A DNA stretch of 64,000 bases, taken from NCBI GenBank assembly GCA_934661375.1, contig CAKUJH010000005.1, positions 2,498-66,497 of the forward strand, written 5' to 3'. This document shows, piece by piece, positions 17,465-24,936 of the stretch; within the stretch, counting starts at the first letter, position 1; each line of letters begins with the position of its first letter. The notes under the pieces are model-generated. The model worked only from the letters and a program-made list of their open reading frames with translations. It did not search any database and was not told where the DNA came from. Position numbers and translations under genes: made by a program. The stretch is from an uncultured Victivallales bacterium. Lineage in GTDB: Bacteria; Verrucomicrobiota; Lentisphaeria; Victivallales; UBA1829.

Positions 17465-17992
17465 ATGTCGAAATTTACAGGTAAATCCCCGTGGGTGGTG
17501 CATTTCAACTGCAACAGCTGCAACGGCTGCGACATTGAATTTCTGGCTTGTCTCACCCCGCTTTATGATGCGGAACGGTTCGGCATCATTCATGTCGGCA
17601 CACCGAAACATGCGGATGTGCTGGTGGTAACCGGCTCCGTCAATGAAAAGAACAAACACGTGCTGAAAAACGTGTACGATCAGATACCGTCCCCGAAAGT
17701 TGTGGTCGCCATGGGCGTCTGTGCTGCCACGGGCGGTATTTTTGCCGACTGTTACAATGTGGTTGGCGGTGTCGGCAAAGTGATTCCCGTCGACGTGTAT
17801 GTGCCGGGATGTCCCCCGAAACCGGAAGCCATGCTGGACGGCATCGTGAAGGCGGTGGAAATCCTCGGAAAGAAACGGCGTGACAGCGAAACCGAAAAAC
17901 CGGAACTGCCGGTGAAGATCGTAACTCCGAAAGAGGTTCCGGCGGCTCCTGCACCTGCCGCCGCCCCGGAGAAAAAGGAGACTGAAAAATGA
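17465..17992 (+). CDS. echC: Ech-type hydrogenase small subunit (NuoB-like, proximal [4Fe-4S])
   Basis: CNSCNGCDIE, GVCAATGG and VPGCPPKPE are present. It ends in a Pro/Ala/Lys-rich tail. Confidence 0.85.
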   Translation: MSKFTGKSPWVVHFNCNSCNGCDIEFLACLTPLYDAERFGIIHVGTPKHADVLVVTGSVNEKNKHVLKNVYDQIPSPKVVVAMGVCAATGGIFADCYNVVGGVGKVIPVDVYVPGCPPKPEAMLDGIVKAVEILGKKRRDSETEKPELPVKIVTPKEVPAAPAPAAAPEKKETEK

Positions 17993-18414
17993 TGACGATC
18001 AACGAAGAAGCAACCAAAGCAACGATTCTGGAAGAAGTGGTTCCCCTGTTGTCGCAGGGATACCGGTTCGTTACCATGACGGCGGTGGACTGCGATGACC
18101 ATTTCGATATTTACTATCATTTTGATAAGGACTACGAACTGTTCACGATCCGGGTTCAGCTGGAAAAACCGGGGGAAATCAGCAGTATTTCCACGGTCTG
18201 TTTCCCTGCGCTGATTGTGGAGAACGAGATTCAGGATTTGTTCGGAATCAAGTTCAGCGATCTGGTTCTGGATTACCGGAATCATTTCCTGCTGTCTCCG
18301 GATGCTCCGGTCAAACCGTTCTGTCATGTTCCCGGCGTGAAAGTTACCGCCGTGGAAGCCCCGAAAGCCAAACCCGCCGCAGGCGAAGCCCAGAAAGAGG
18401 AGGCAGCGAAATGA
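17989..18414 (+). CDS. echD: Ech-type hydrogenase subunit at EchD position (NuoC/30-kDa-like)
   Basis: 141 aa. VTMTAVDCDDHFDIYYHF...VENEIQDLFGIKFSD resembles NuoC (ERE..DMFGI.F). It has ATGA overlaps with both neighbours. Confidence 0.7.
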   Translation: MMTINEEATKATILEEVVPLLSQGYRFVTMTAVDCDDHFDIYYHFDKDYELFTIRVQLEKPGEISSISTVCFPALIVENEIQDLFGIKFSDLVLDYRNHFLLSPDAPVKPFCHVPGVKVTAVEAPKAKPAAGEAQKEEAAK

Positions 18415-19484
18415 GTATTGTCGTACCGTTCGGCCCGCAGCACCCGGTTCTGCCGGAACCCCTTCAGCTGCGTCTTGAAATTGTCGATGAACAGGTAACA
18501 TCCGTTGTTCCTGTCATCGGATACGTGCACCGCGGACTGGAACGTCTGGCGGAACAGAAAGATTTTCAGCAGGATACGTTCCTGATAGAACATATCTGCG
18601 GAATCTGTTCCTTCATTCACAGCACCACCTACTGCATGGGACTGGAGGAAATGATGGGCATTGAAATTCCGCCGAGGGCAAAATTCCTGCGTACCGCCTG
18701 GGGTGAAATGCACCGTCTGCACAGTCATCTGCTGGCACTGGGACTGCTTGCCGACGCCTTCGGTTTTGAAAGTCTGTTCATGCAGATCTGGCGCACCCGT
18801 GAACATATCATGGATGCGATGGAATACACCACGGGCGGACGTGTCATGCTGAGTGCCGCCTGTGTCGGCGGAGTCCGCAAGGACATCACACCGGAAGGGG
18901 CGAAGTTTGTGCTGAAACAGCTGGACGCCATCGAGAAGGAAGTCAAGGACGAATTCCATGTGCTGATGGAAGATTACACGGTCAAACAGCGCATGGTCGG
19001 CGTCGGTGTTCTGGATCCGAAAACGGCACTGGAACGCGGAGCTGTCGGACCGACGGCGCGCGGAAGCGGCATTGTTACCGACCACCGCATGACCGGGTAT
19101 GCCGCTTACGGCGAACTCGGTTTCGAACCGGTGGTGGAAACGGACGGCGACTGCTATGCCCGAACCATGATCCGCGTACGGGAAGTGTATCAGTCCATCG
19201 AACTGGTCCGCAAAGCTCTGGCGATGCTGCCGGATTCCGAACTCAAAGTTCCGGTCAAAGGCAAACCGCTGGGTGAAGTGGCAGTCCGCGCCGAACAGCC
19301 GCGCGGCGAAGTGCTGTATTACCTGAAAGGAAACGGCACGGATAAACTGGCGCGGGTGCGCGTCCGTACTCCGACTTTCGCCAATATCCCGCCGCTGCTG
19401 TCCATGCTGACCGGCTGCAACCTTGCCAACGTCGGAGCCATTGTGCTGTCGGTTGATCCCTGTATTTCCTGCACGGAGCGTTGA
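18411..19484 (+). CDS. echE: Ech-type [NiFe] hydrogenase large subunit (NuoD-like)
   Basis: RGLE, ICGICSFIHS (N-terminal CxxC) and a terminal DPCISCTER (C-terminal CxxC). The protein ends at the Arg of DPCxxCxxR. Confidence 0.9.
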   Translation: MSIVVPFGPQHPVLPEPLQLRLEIVDEQVTSVVPVIGYVHRGLERLAEQKDFQQDTFLIEHICGICSFIHSTTYCMGLEEMMGIEIPPRAKFLRTAWGEMHRLHSHLLALGLLADAFGFESLFMQIWRTREHIMDAMEYTTGGRVMLSAACVGGVRKDITPEGAKFVLKQLDAIEKEVKDEFHVLMEDYTVKQRMVGVGVLDPKTALERGAVGPTARGSGIVTDHRMTGYAAYGELGFEPVVETDGDCYARTMIRVREVYQSIELVRKALAMLPDSELKVPVKGKPLGEVAVRAEQPRGEVLYYLKGNGTDKLARVRVRTPTFANIPPLLSMLTGCNLANVGAIVLSVDPCISCTER

Positions 19485-19486
19485 TC

Positions 19487-19792
19487 ATGAAGATTTATAC
19501 AATGTTGAAAGTGGTTCTGAAGAACCTGTTCCATGGACCGGTTACCCGCCGGTATCCTTACGAGGAACGCGAAGCATTTCCGGGTGAGCGCGGAGTCATC
19601 GTCATGCCTGACGAATCCAAGTGCATCTATTGCGGAATCTGCGCGAAAAAATGTCCGTCCAACGCGATTGCGGTTGTACGGGTTCCCGCCAAACAGTGGA
19701 AATACGAACGTTTCCGCTGTATTCTGTGCGGTGCGTGCGTGGACGCCTGTCCGAAGAAATGTCTGGCGTTTGCTCCACGCAAACAAGGCTGA
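19487..19792 (+). CDS. echF: Ech-type hydrogenase 2x[4Fe-4S] subunit (NuoI/HycF-like)
   Basis: CIYCGICAKKCP and CILCGACVDACP are present. ATG 19487 is preferred to the track's TTG at 19481. Confidence 0.8.
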   Translation: MKIYTMLKVVLKNLFHGPVTRRYPYEEREAFPGERGVIVMPDESKCIYCGICAKKCPSNAIAVVRVPAKQWKYERFRCILCGACVDACPKKCLAFAPRKQG

Positions 19793-19812
19793 TTCTTCCA
19801 GATGGCATTGAC

Positions 19813-19858
19813 AAAAAACAGGACTGCGGCTGAAAACTGCAAGTCCTGTTTTTTTTGT
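19813..19858. terminator. bidirectional intrinsic terminator shared by ech and the [FeFe] operon
   Basis: AAAAAACAGGACT...AGTCCTGTTTTTTTT forms a 9-bp perfect stem (19817-19825 / 19842-19850), with an A-run upstream and an 8-T run downstream. It sits exactly between the convergent stops at 19792 and 19878. Confidence 0.7.
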
Positions 19859-19877
19859 GTGTTTCTGCGGGATTTTT

Positions 19878-21269
19878 TTATTTGGTGATCAGCGAGCAGG
19901 GACCGCCGACGCATCCTCCTTCGCAGGACATGACTTCCAGGAAATTGCCCGGCAGTTTGCCCATGGCATACAATGCCAGCAGTTTGGCAGTGCGTGCGTC
20001 GATTCCGTTGATGAATTTGGAGTCCAGCTTGATTTCACCGTCTTCCCCGACCAGTTCTTTCAGTACGGCATCCGTTACGCCGCAGCTCTTGGCGAAGTTG
20101 CGCGCAGTGGAGGCGGCGGGATGTTCGAACGGCCATTCTTCCTGTGTCATGATGTCGATTCCCAGACCGCTCAGCATGGAGCCGAGTTCTTCAAAGGTCA
20201 GTACCCGGTCAATATTTTCAGAGTGGAACGCCTCGTAACGTTTGGCGATGCAGGGTCCGATGAACACATTGATGCCGTCGGGATATTTTTCCCGTGCGAT
20301 TTTTCCGGCGTATCGCATCGGGCTGGGGGTGGTGGAAACTTTGTCCAGCAGCTGCGGAACATGGCGTTTGACCAGTTCCACATACGCGGTACAGCAGGAG
20401 GTGGTCATCAGTTTTTCGCCTTTTTTCATGCGTTCGATGAATTCCTTCGATTCATGTTCCGTGGTCATTTCCGCGCCGAGGGCGACTTCGATCACATCGG
20501 TGAATCCGGCTTTGACCACAGCGCTGAACAGCTTGCCGAGTCCGCCGGGGAACTGGAACTGGGCGGACGGTGCGACCAGCGCAATGACTTTGCGGCCTTC
20601 CTTGATCGCCTGCATCACATGCAGGAGTTCCGAACGTTCCATGATGGCGCCGAAAGGACAATGCGCAAAACATTTTCCGCAGGAAATGCACTTGGTGAAA
20701 TCAATGTCCGCCACGCCGTACTCATTTTTGTGAATCGCACCGACCGGGCAGGCGTCTTCGCAGGGAACTTTGGTCCGGATGATGGAGTTGAACGGACACG
20801 CCTGAATGCACTTGCCGCACTTGATGCATTTGGAGTGGTCAATGCGCGCTTGCTGTTCGAAAACCGTAATGGCGTTTTTCGGACAGGAGAACAGGCATGG
20901 ACGCGAGAAGCAGCCGCGGCAGTTTTCCGTGATCCGGATCCGGCTCGGCGGACAGCCGTCGCATCCGGCACCGCAGACGGAAAGCGGATATTCCGGACGG
21001 GCGTCCGACGCCAGTGCTTCCTTCAGATATTCATGCAGCGGCTTGGTTTCATCGGTTTCCTGCCGGAAGTCGAATCCCAGCAGAGCCAGCAGACGGTATT
21101 TCAGCACTGCCCGGTCATGATATATGCAGCACCGGGAAGCGGGGTTGTTGTGACGCGGACGCAGCAGCACCGGGATTTTGTCGATATTTTCTTCCAGTGT
21201 GCCGTCATGAAATTCGCGTACCAGACGAATCATCAGTTCGCGGCGGATCCGTTCTGTGCCGTCAAACAT
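19878..21269 (-). CDS. [FeFe] hydrogenase, Cys-rich monomeric type (group B-like)
   Basis: H-cluster motifs TSCCT (20388-20402), GPCIAKRYE and EVMSCEGGCVGGP. The N-terminal part holds CIKCGKCIQACP, CISCGKCFAHCP and further Cys clusters. I chose the start at ATG 21267-21269 (GGAGG 6 nt upstream). It overlaps the upstream ORF by 8 nt. Confidence 0.85.
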   Translation of the reverse strand: MFDGTERIRRELMIRLVREFHDGTLEENIDKIPVLLRPRHNNPASRCCIYHDRAVLKYRLLALLGFDFRQETDETKPLHEYLKEALASDARPEYPLSVCGAGCDGCPPSRIRITENCRGCFSRPCLFSCPKNAITVFEQQARIDHSKCIKCGKCIQACPFNSIIRTKVPCEDACPVGAIHKNEYGVADIDFTKCISCGKCFAHCPFGAIMERSELLHVMQAIKEGRKVIALVAPSAQFQFPGGLGKLFSAVVKAGFTDVIEVALGAEMTTEHESKEFIERMKKGEKLMTTSCCTAYVELVKRHVPQLLDKVSTTPSPMRYAGKIAREKYPDGINVFIGPCIAKRYEAFHSENIDRVLTFEELGSMLSGLGIDIMTQEEWPFEHPAASTARNFAKSCGVTDAVLKELVGEDGEIKLDSKFINGIDARTAKLLALYAMGKLPGNFLEVMSCEGGCVGGPCSLITK

Positions 21270-21531
21270 TTGCGGCCTCCGTTTCATCGAGAAGACCGCC
21301 GATGAGCGACGCCATCTTTTCCGTTGTCATATTTCCGTAGATTTTTCCGTTGATCCGGACGAACGGCGCACTGCCGATCTGATCCGCCGTGCAGGTTTCC
21401 ATGCAGGGCAGACCGGAAAACTCCACCTGGTTTTTCCAGGCATCCGGCATGTTTTGTTCGATTTTGAGCAGTTTTCCGGCGCCCAGCATAAAGCAGGTGG
21501 TGCCGCAGCAGATTTCAACTTTCACTTTCAT
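21262..21531 (-). CDS. thioredoxin-like [2Fe-2S] ferredoxin (NuoE/HfsA-like small protein)
   Basis: 89 aa with Cys pattern ICCGTTC...CMETC (Cx4C...Cx3C). An AGGAG SD is present, and it is a paralogue of ORF 24455-24730. Confidence 0.7.
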   Translation of the reverse strand: MKVKVEICCGTTCFMLGAGKLLKIEQNMPDAWKNQVEFSGLPCMETCTADQIGSAPFVRINGKIYGNMTTEKMASLIGGLLDETEAANV

Positions 21532-21546
21532 GACAACTCCTGTATC

Positions 21547-22734
21547 TCAGATATATTGAACAGTCACTTTTTTCCGGTAATCTTTTTCCAGAACGTTTTT
21601 CAGACGTTTGACCACATTGCGGCGGATTTCCAGGTCAACCGGCAGCGACGGATCCTGATGCGCCTCGTTGACTTTGGTTCCCACGACAAATTCGATCAGG
21701 TCGCTGTCCGCCAGCCGGGACAGAATTTCTTTTGCGGCGACCGGAGCTTTGTCCGTGGTGTGGTTTTCCAGCAGGGACGCTACACGGGTCAAGGTCAGAA
21801 TCCCTTCCGTCACCAGCCCGACGCCGACCATTTCACCCGGCGGGGGCAGGTCTTCCGCCAGACTCATCAGTTTCAGGTCAATCTCCACTTCGGTCCGGAG
21901 TTCGCGCTTGATGATGTTTGCCGTGGTTCCGCCGCAGATGATGACCGAATCTGCACCCGTCGCCATGGCGGCAAAGCGCGCATCGTCGCCTTTGTGATAC
22001 GGCGGACCGGTTATGATCCGCAGTACACGCGGTTTCCGCAGATAGATCACCACACAGCTGGTGTCGTCCACCACCCGGCTGCCCGGATTGAGGGACACTG
22101 CATTGAATACGATATTGCGCGAGAGTTCCCGTGCGGAAATGGCGGGGTCCTTTTCGATCATGCCGCGGCAGAATTCCAGACATCCCTGCCGCCGCCAGCC
22201 GAATTTGCAGCCGGGCAGCCCCAGACCTGCCTGAGTAACGCCGTCTGAACAGATGATCAGGCGGTCTCCCAGTTCCATGCGGAGTTCGGAAATTTTCATA
22301 TCGCGGTCGGGCCAGCGTTCCGAAACCAGGGTTTTCTGTGAAAACGGCGGAACTTCCTGCGTTCCGCGCAGCTGAATATAATCGGGATTGCCCATTTCGA
22401 TCAGCCGGCAGCGTCCCGTCCCCGCCATCAGATCCATCACGCTGAATGTTGCGTAACTGATCTGCCGGACTTCGCAGACCGGCAGCGAGTCCATGATGGT
22501 TTCCGCCGACTGCAGAATATCCATGTTGGATTCCATGAACCGCAAAGCCATGGTCGTGGTCATATTCGCCAGCAGGTGCGCTTTGATGCCGCTGCCCAGT
22601 CCGTCCGACAGCACGGCAATGCTGCGGTTTTCGCTTTCGATGCGCTTCCAGCGGAAATCGTCGCCGCAGGCTGCCTGCCCGTCTTTGGTCAGCTGGCAGA
22701 CTTCCATCTCAACGAACGGAGTGTCCTGGATCAT
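21547..22734 (-). CDS. PP2C/SpoIIE-family serine phosphatase with uncharacterised C-terminal half
   Basis: The N-terminal ~200 aa carry ACGDDFRW...IAVLSDGLGSGIKAHLLA...ICSDGV (PP2C/SpoIIE metal-binding Asp motifs). Its start overlaps the HydS-like stop (ATGA). Confidence 0.8.
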   Translation of the reverse strand: MIQDTPFVEMEVCQLTKDGQAACGDDFRWKRIESENRSIAVLSDGLGSGIKAHLLANMTTTMALRFMESNMDILQSAETIMDSLPVCEVRQISYATFSVMDLMAGTGRCRLIEMGNPDYIQLRGTQEVPPFSQKTLVSERWPDRDMKISELRMELGDRLIICSDGVTQAGLGLPGCKFGWRRQGCLEFCRGMIEKDPAISARELSRNIVFNAVSLNPGSRVVDDTSCVVIYLRKPRVLRIITGPPYHKGDDARFAAMATGADSVIICGGTTANIIKRELRTEVEIDLKLMSLAEDLPPPGEMVGVGLVTEGILTLTRVASLLENHTTDKAPVAAKEILSRLADSDLIEFVVGTKVNEAHQDPSLPVDLEIRRNVVKRLKNVLEKDYRKKVTVQYI

Positions 22735-24458
22735 GCTTTTTTCTCCCCGCCGTTTTTCCGGTCATGTTCATAAGCACCGGCAACTTCGTTGAGCAGAATT
22801 TCCGTATCCGCCATGTGTTCGCCCAGATAACTGGCGATTTTCTGCACGGTAAGCACATTTTTACGGATGACTTCCCGTGCTTTTTCGGCGACCTGTTCCC
22901 GGCGCAGTTCATTGCGGGTAACGTCCTGAATCACTGCTCCGGCGGTTTCGCCCGGTGTGATGGAAAATACACTGATATTCAGAATGCGGTCGCCGTAAAC
23001 CTGATTGAATCGTTCCAGTTCGCCGCTGTGCGCCATGACGGATTCGAAGAGATCGGTGTATTCCACCAGAGATGCGAGAAATGCGCCGTTCAGCGAACCG
23101 CAGGAATCGAAGACGGCAACGGCGTCGTCTCCGCAGAGTTCCGCAAAATGACGGTTGCATTCCAGCACTTGCAGCTTGTCATCCACAATGACCACACCCG
23201 CCGGAATGTATTTGATCAGGGCGGTACTGGTCCGGCGTGCGATTTTCCGCAGATAGGACAGGCACATGGAGGCTTCGGCTTTACCTTCCAGTTTGGCTTT
23301 GGCGAATTCCCGGCAGGTGTTGTAGCCGCAGCCGCCGCAGTTCAGTTCATCGGCAAGCGTGTATTTGCCCACGGACGCCAGCGCGGCGGTCAGGGCTTCC
23401 TGGGTAACCGTATGTTCCGGAACGGGTGCAGACGGAAATTCGCTTTTTACATCTACGGGAATTTCACGGCCGAGACTGCTGCGGTTTTTGCCGTTGAGCA
23501 TGGTTTTCATCAGCACATCCGCGCTGGATGTTCCCGCCGGCGGCATTACAGGTCCGTTGACACAGCCGCCGCGGCACGCCAGGGCTTCGATGAAAATTCT
23601 GCCGCCGGAATCTTTGAGCCGTTTCTGATCGACGCCGCTCAGAACCCGGTTGAGGTCCGCGATTCCAGACACCGCCAGATAACGGGTCCCGCTGGTGTTT
23701 TCCCGGAGAGTGTCGTTCATGCCCCCTTCCAAAGAATAGGCGCGGCCTTCTTCCGCCGCGGACGGCATCGGTGCAAAACGGTTTTCAGGGGTCAGTTCGA
23801 TGTTCTTGCTTTCCATCCAGTCTTCCAGCGCGGCGAAAGTCATGGCAAGCGCAAGATCTTCCGGATGACGGTCCGCTTCATTTTTCTTGGCGGCGCAGGG
23901 ACCGATGAATACTACTTTCACATCGTTTCCGTACAGCTGATGCAGCAGCCGCGCATGAGCCATGACCGGGGAAATGACCGGCGTGATGGAGTCGCGCCAT
24001 TCCGGATGATATTTTGTAATGTAGTCAACCGTTGCCGGACATGCGCTGGAAATGTAAACTCCCGGCGGGGCATTTTTCAGAAATTCTCCGGTCTGTGCGC
24101 TGACAATCTGCGCACCCAGTGCGGTTTCGCTGTATCCCGCGAACCCCAGCTGCTTCAATACGCCGCCCAGCATTTCAAGGTCGGCATCCTTGAAATATCC
24201 GACGTAGCTCGGCGCGACCGAAGCAAAAACTTTTTCCCCGTTCTGCACCATGAGCCGGACGCGGTCCAGATCGGAACGGATTTTTTTCGCGTGGGCGGGA
24301 CATACCCGCACGCACTCGCCGCAGCTGACGCACAGTTCCGGAATCACTGCGGCGCGGGCGTTTTCGATCTGAATCGCTTTGCACGGACAATGCCGGACGC
24401 ATTTATAGCAGTCCTGACATTCGTTCGGAACGGTGTAGACGGGAAAATTCCGGTTCAT
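22731..24458 (-). CDS. hydS: sensory-type (group C, HydS-like) [FeFe] hydrogenase homologue with C-terminal PAS domain
   Basis: N-terminal CQDCYKCVRHCP and CVSCGECVRVCP. The H-domain has SSACP (24036-24050), GPCAAKKNE and EALACRGGCVNGP. A four-Cys patch CGGCGYNTC...C is followed by a PAS-like segment (IPAGVVIVDDKLQVLECNRHFAELCG...). Confidence 0.85.
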   Translation of the reverse strand: MNRNFPVYTVPNECQDCYKCVRHCPCKAIQIENARAAVIPELCVSCGECVRVCPAHAKKIRSDLDRVRLMVQNGEKVFASVAPSYVGYFKDADLEMLGGVLKQLGFAGYSETALGAQIVSAQTGEFLKNAPPGVYISSACPATVDYITKYHPEWRDSITPVISPVMAHARLLHQLYGNDVKVVFIGPCAAKKNEADRHPEDLALAMTFAALEDWMESKNIELTPENRFAPMPSAAEEGRAYSLEGGMNDTLRENTSGTRYLAVSGIADLNRVLSGVDQKRLKDSGGRIFIEALACRGGCVNGPVMPPAGTSSADVLMKTMLNGKNRSSLGREIPVDVKSEFPSAPVPEHTVTQEALTAALASVGKYTLADELNCGGCGYNTCREFAKAKLEGKAEASMCLSYLRKIARRTSTALIKYIPAGVVIVDDKLQVLECNRHFAELCGDDAVAVFDSCGSLNGAFLASLVEYTDLFESVMAHSGELERFNQVYGDRILNISVFSITPGETAGAVIQDVTRNELRREQVAEKAREVIRKNVLTVQKIASYLGEHMADTEILLNEVAGAYEHDRKNGGEKKA

Positions 24459-24730
24459 GCTTTTTTCTCCCCGGATCTGCCGTTGAGCAGGGTTTCCCGG
24501 AGCAGATCCTGAATGCTGTTGCCCGTTACATGGGTGTAGATTTTGCCGTCGATGATGACTATCGGTCCGTCTGCGCAGCGTCCCAGACAGAGACAGGCTT
24601 CCAGATCCACGTCCACTTCATCCTTGAGGTTGTTTTCCGCAAGGAAACGTTCCACAGCTTCCACATTTTTCTGGTTCCCGCGTGCGAAGCAGGAACTGCC
24701 GAGACAGATGCGAATTTCCGGTTTGCCCAT
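24455..24730 (-). CDS. thioredoxin-like [2Fe-2S] ferredoxin (NuoE/HfsA-like small protein)
   Basis: 91 aa with ICLGSSCFARG...CLCLGRCADGPIVIIDGKIY. AAAGGAG SD is present. Its stop overlaps the HydS-like start (ATGA). Confidence 0.7.
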   Translation of the reverse strand: MGKPEIRICLGSSCFARGNQKNVEAVERFLAENNLKDEVDVDLEACLCLGRCADGPIVIIDGKIYTHVTGNSIQDLLRETLLNGRSGEKKA

Positions 24731-24936
24731 CGGTGTAACTCCTTTTTCTCTAGTTTGCAGTCATAAAATAGCACGGCAGGACACTTTTTTCAAGGGATTC
24801 TGAAAAAAATGCGGCACGGAGTGCCGTCAGAATGCAAGTTTTTAAACGTATTTTCCTGAATTGGGTTTGTTATTACGGGAAACTGCGCTATATTTACCGC
24901 AAAAAAACAAATCTGTGACAGAGGAAGGATTGCAGT

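Noticed and set aside
14485-17659. 813-aa and 393-aa minus-strand ORFs opposite echA/echB
   Set aside because: Their Gln/Arg/His-rich low-complexity translations are not coding-like. The + strand encodes coherent polytopic NuoL- and NuoH-like proteins within an operon.
19857-24512. Long + strand ORFs (19857-21305, 21256-22248, 22764-24512) opposite the [FeFe] operon
   Set aside because: They have no recognisable motifs and a biased Arg/Gly/Phe composition. The minus strand carries H-cluster, PP2C and ferredoxin signatures with coupled start/stop overlaps.
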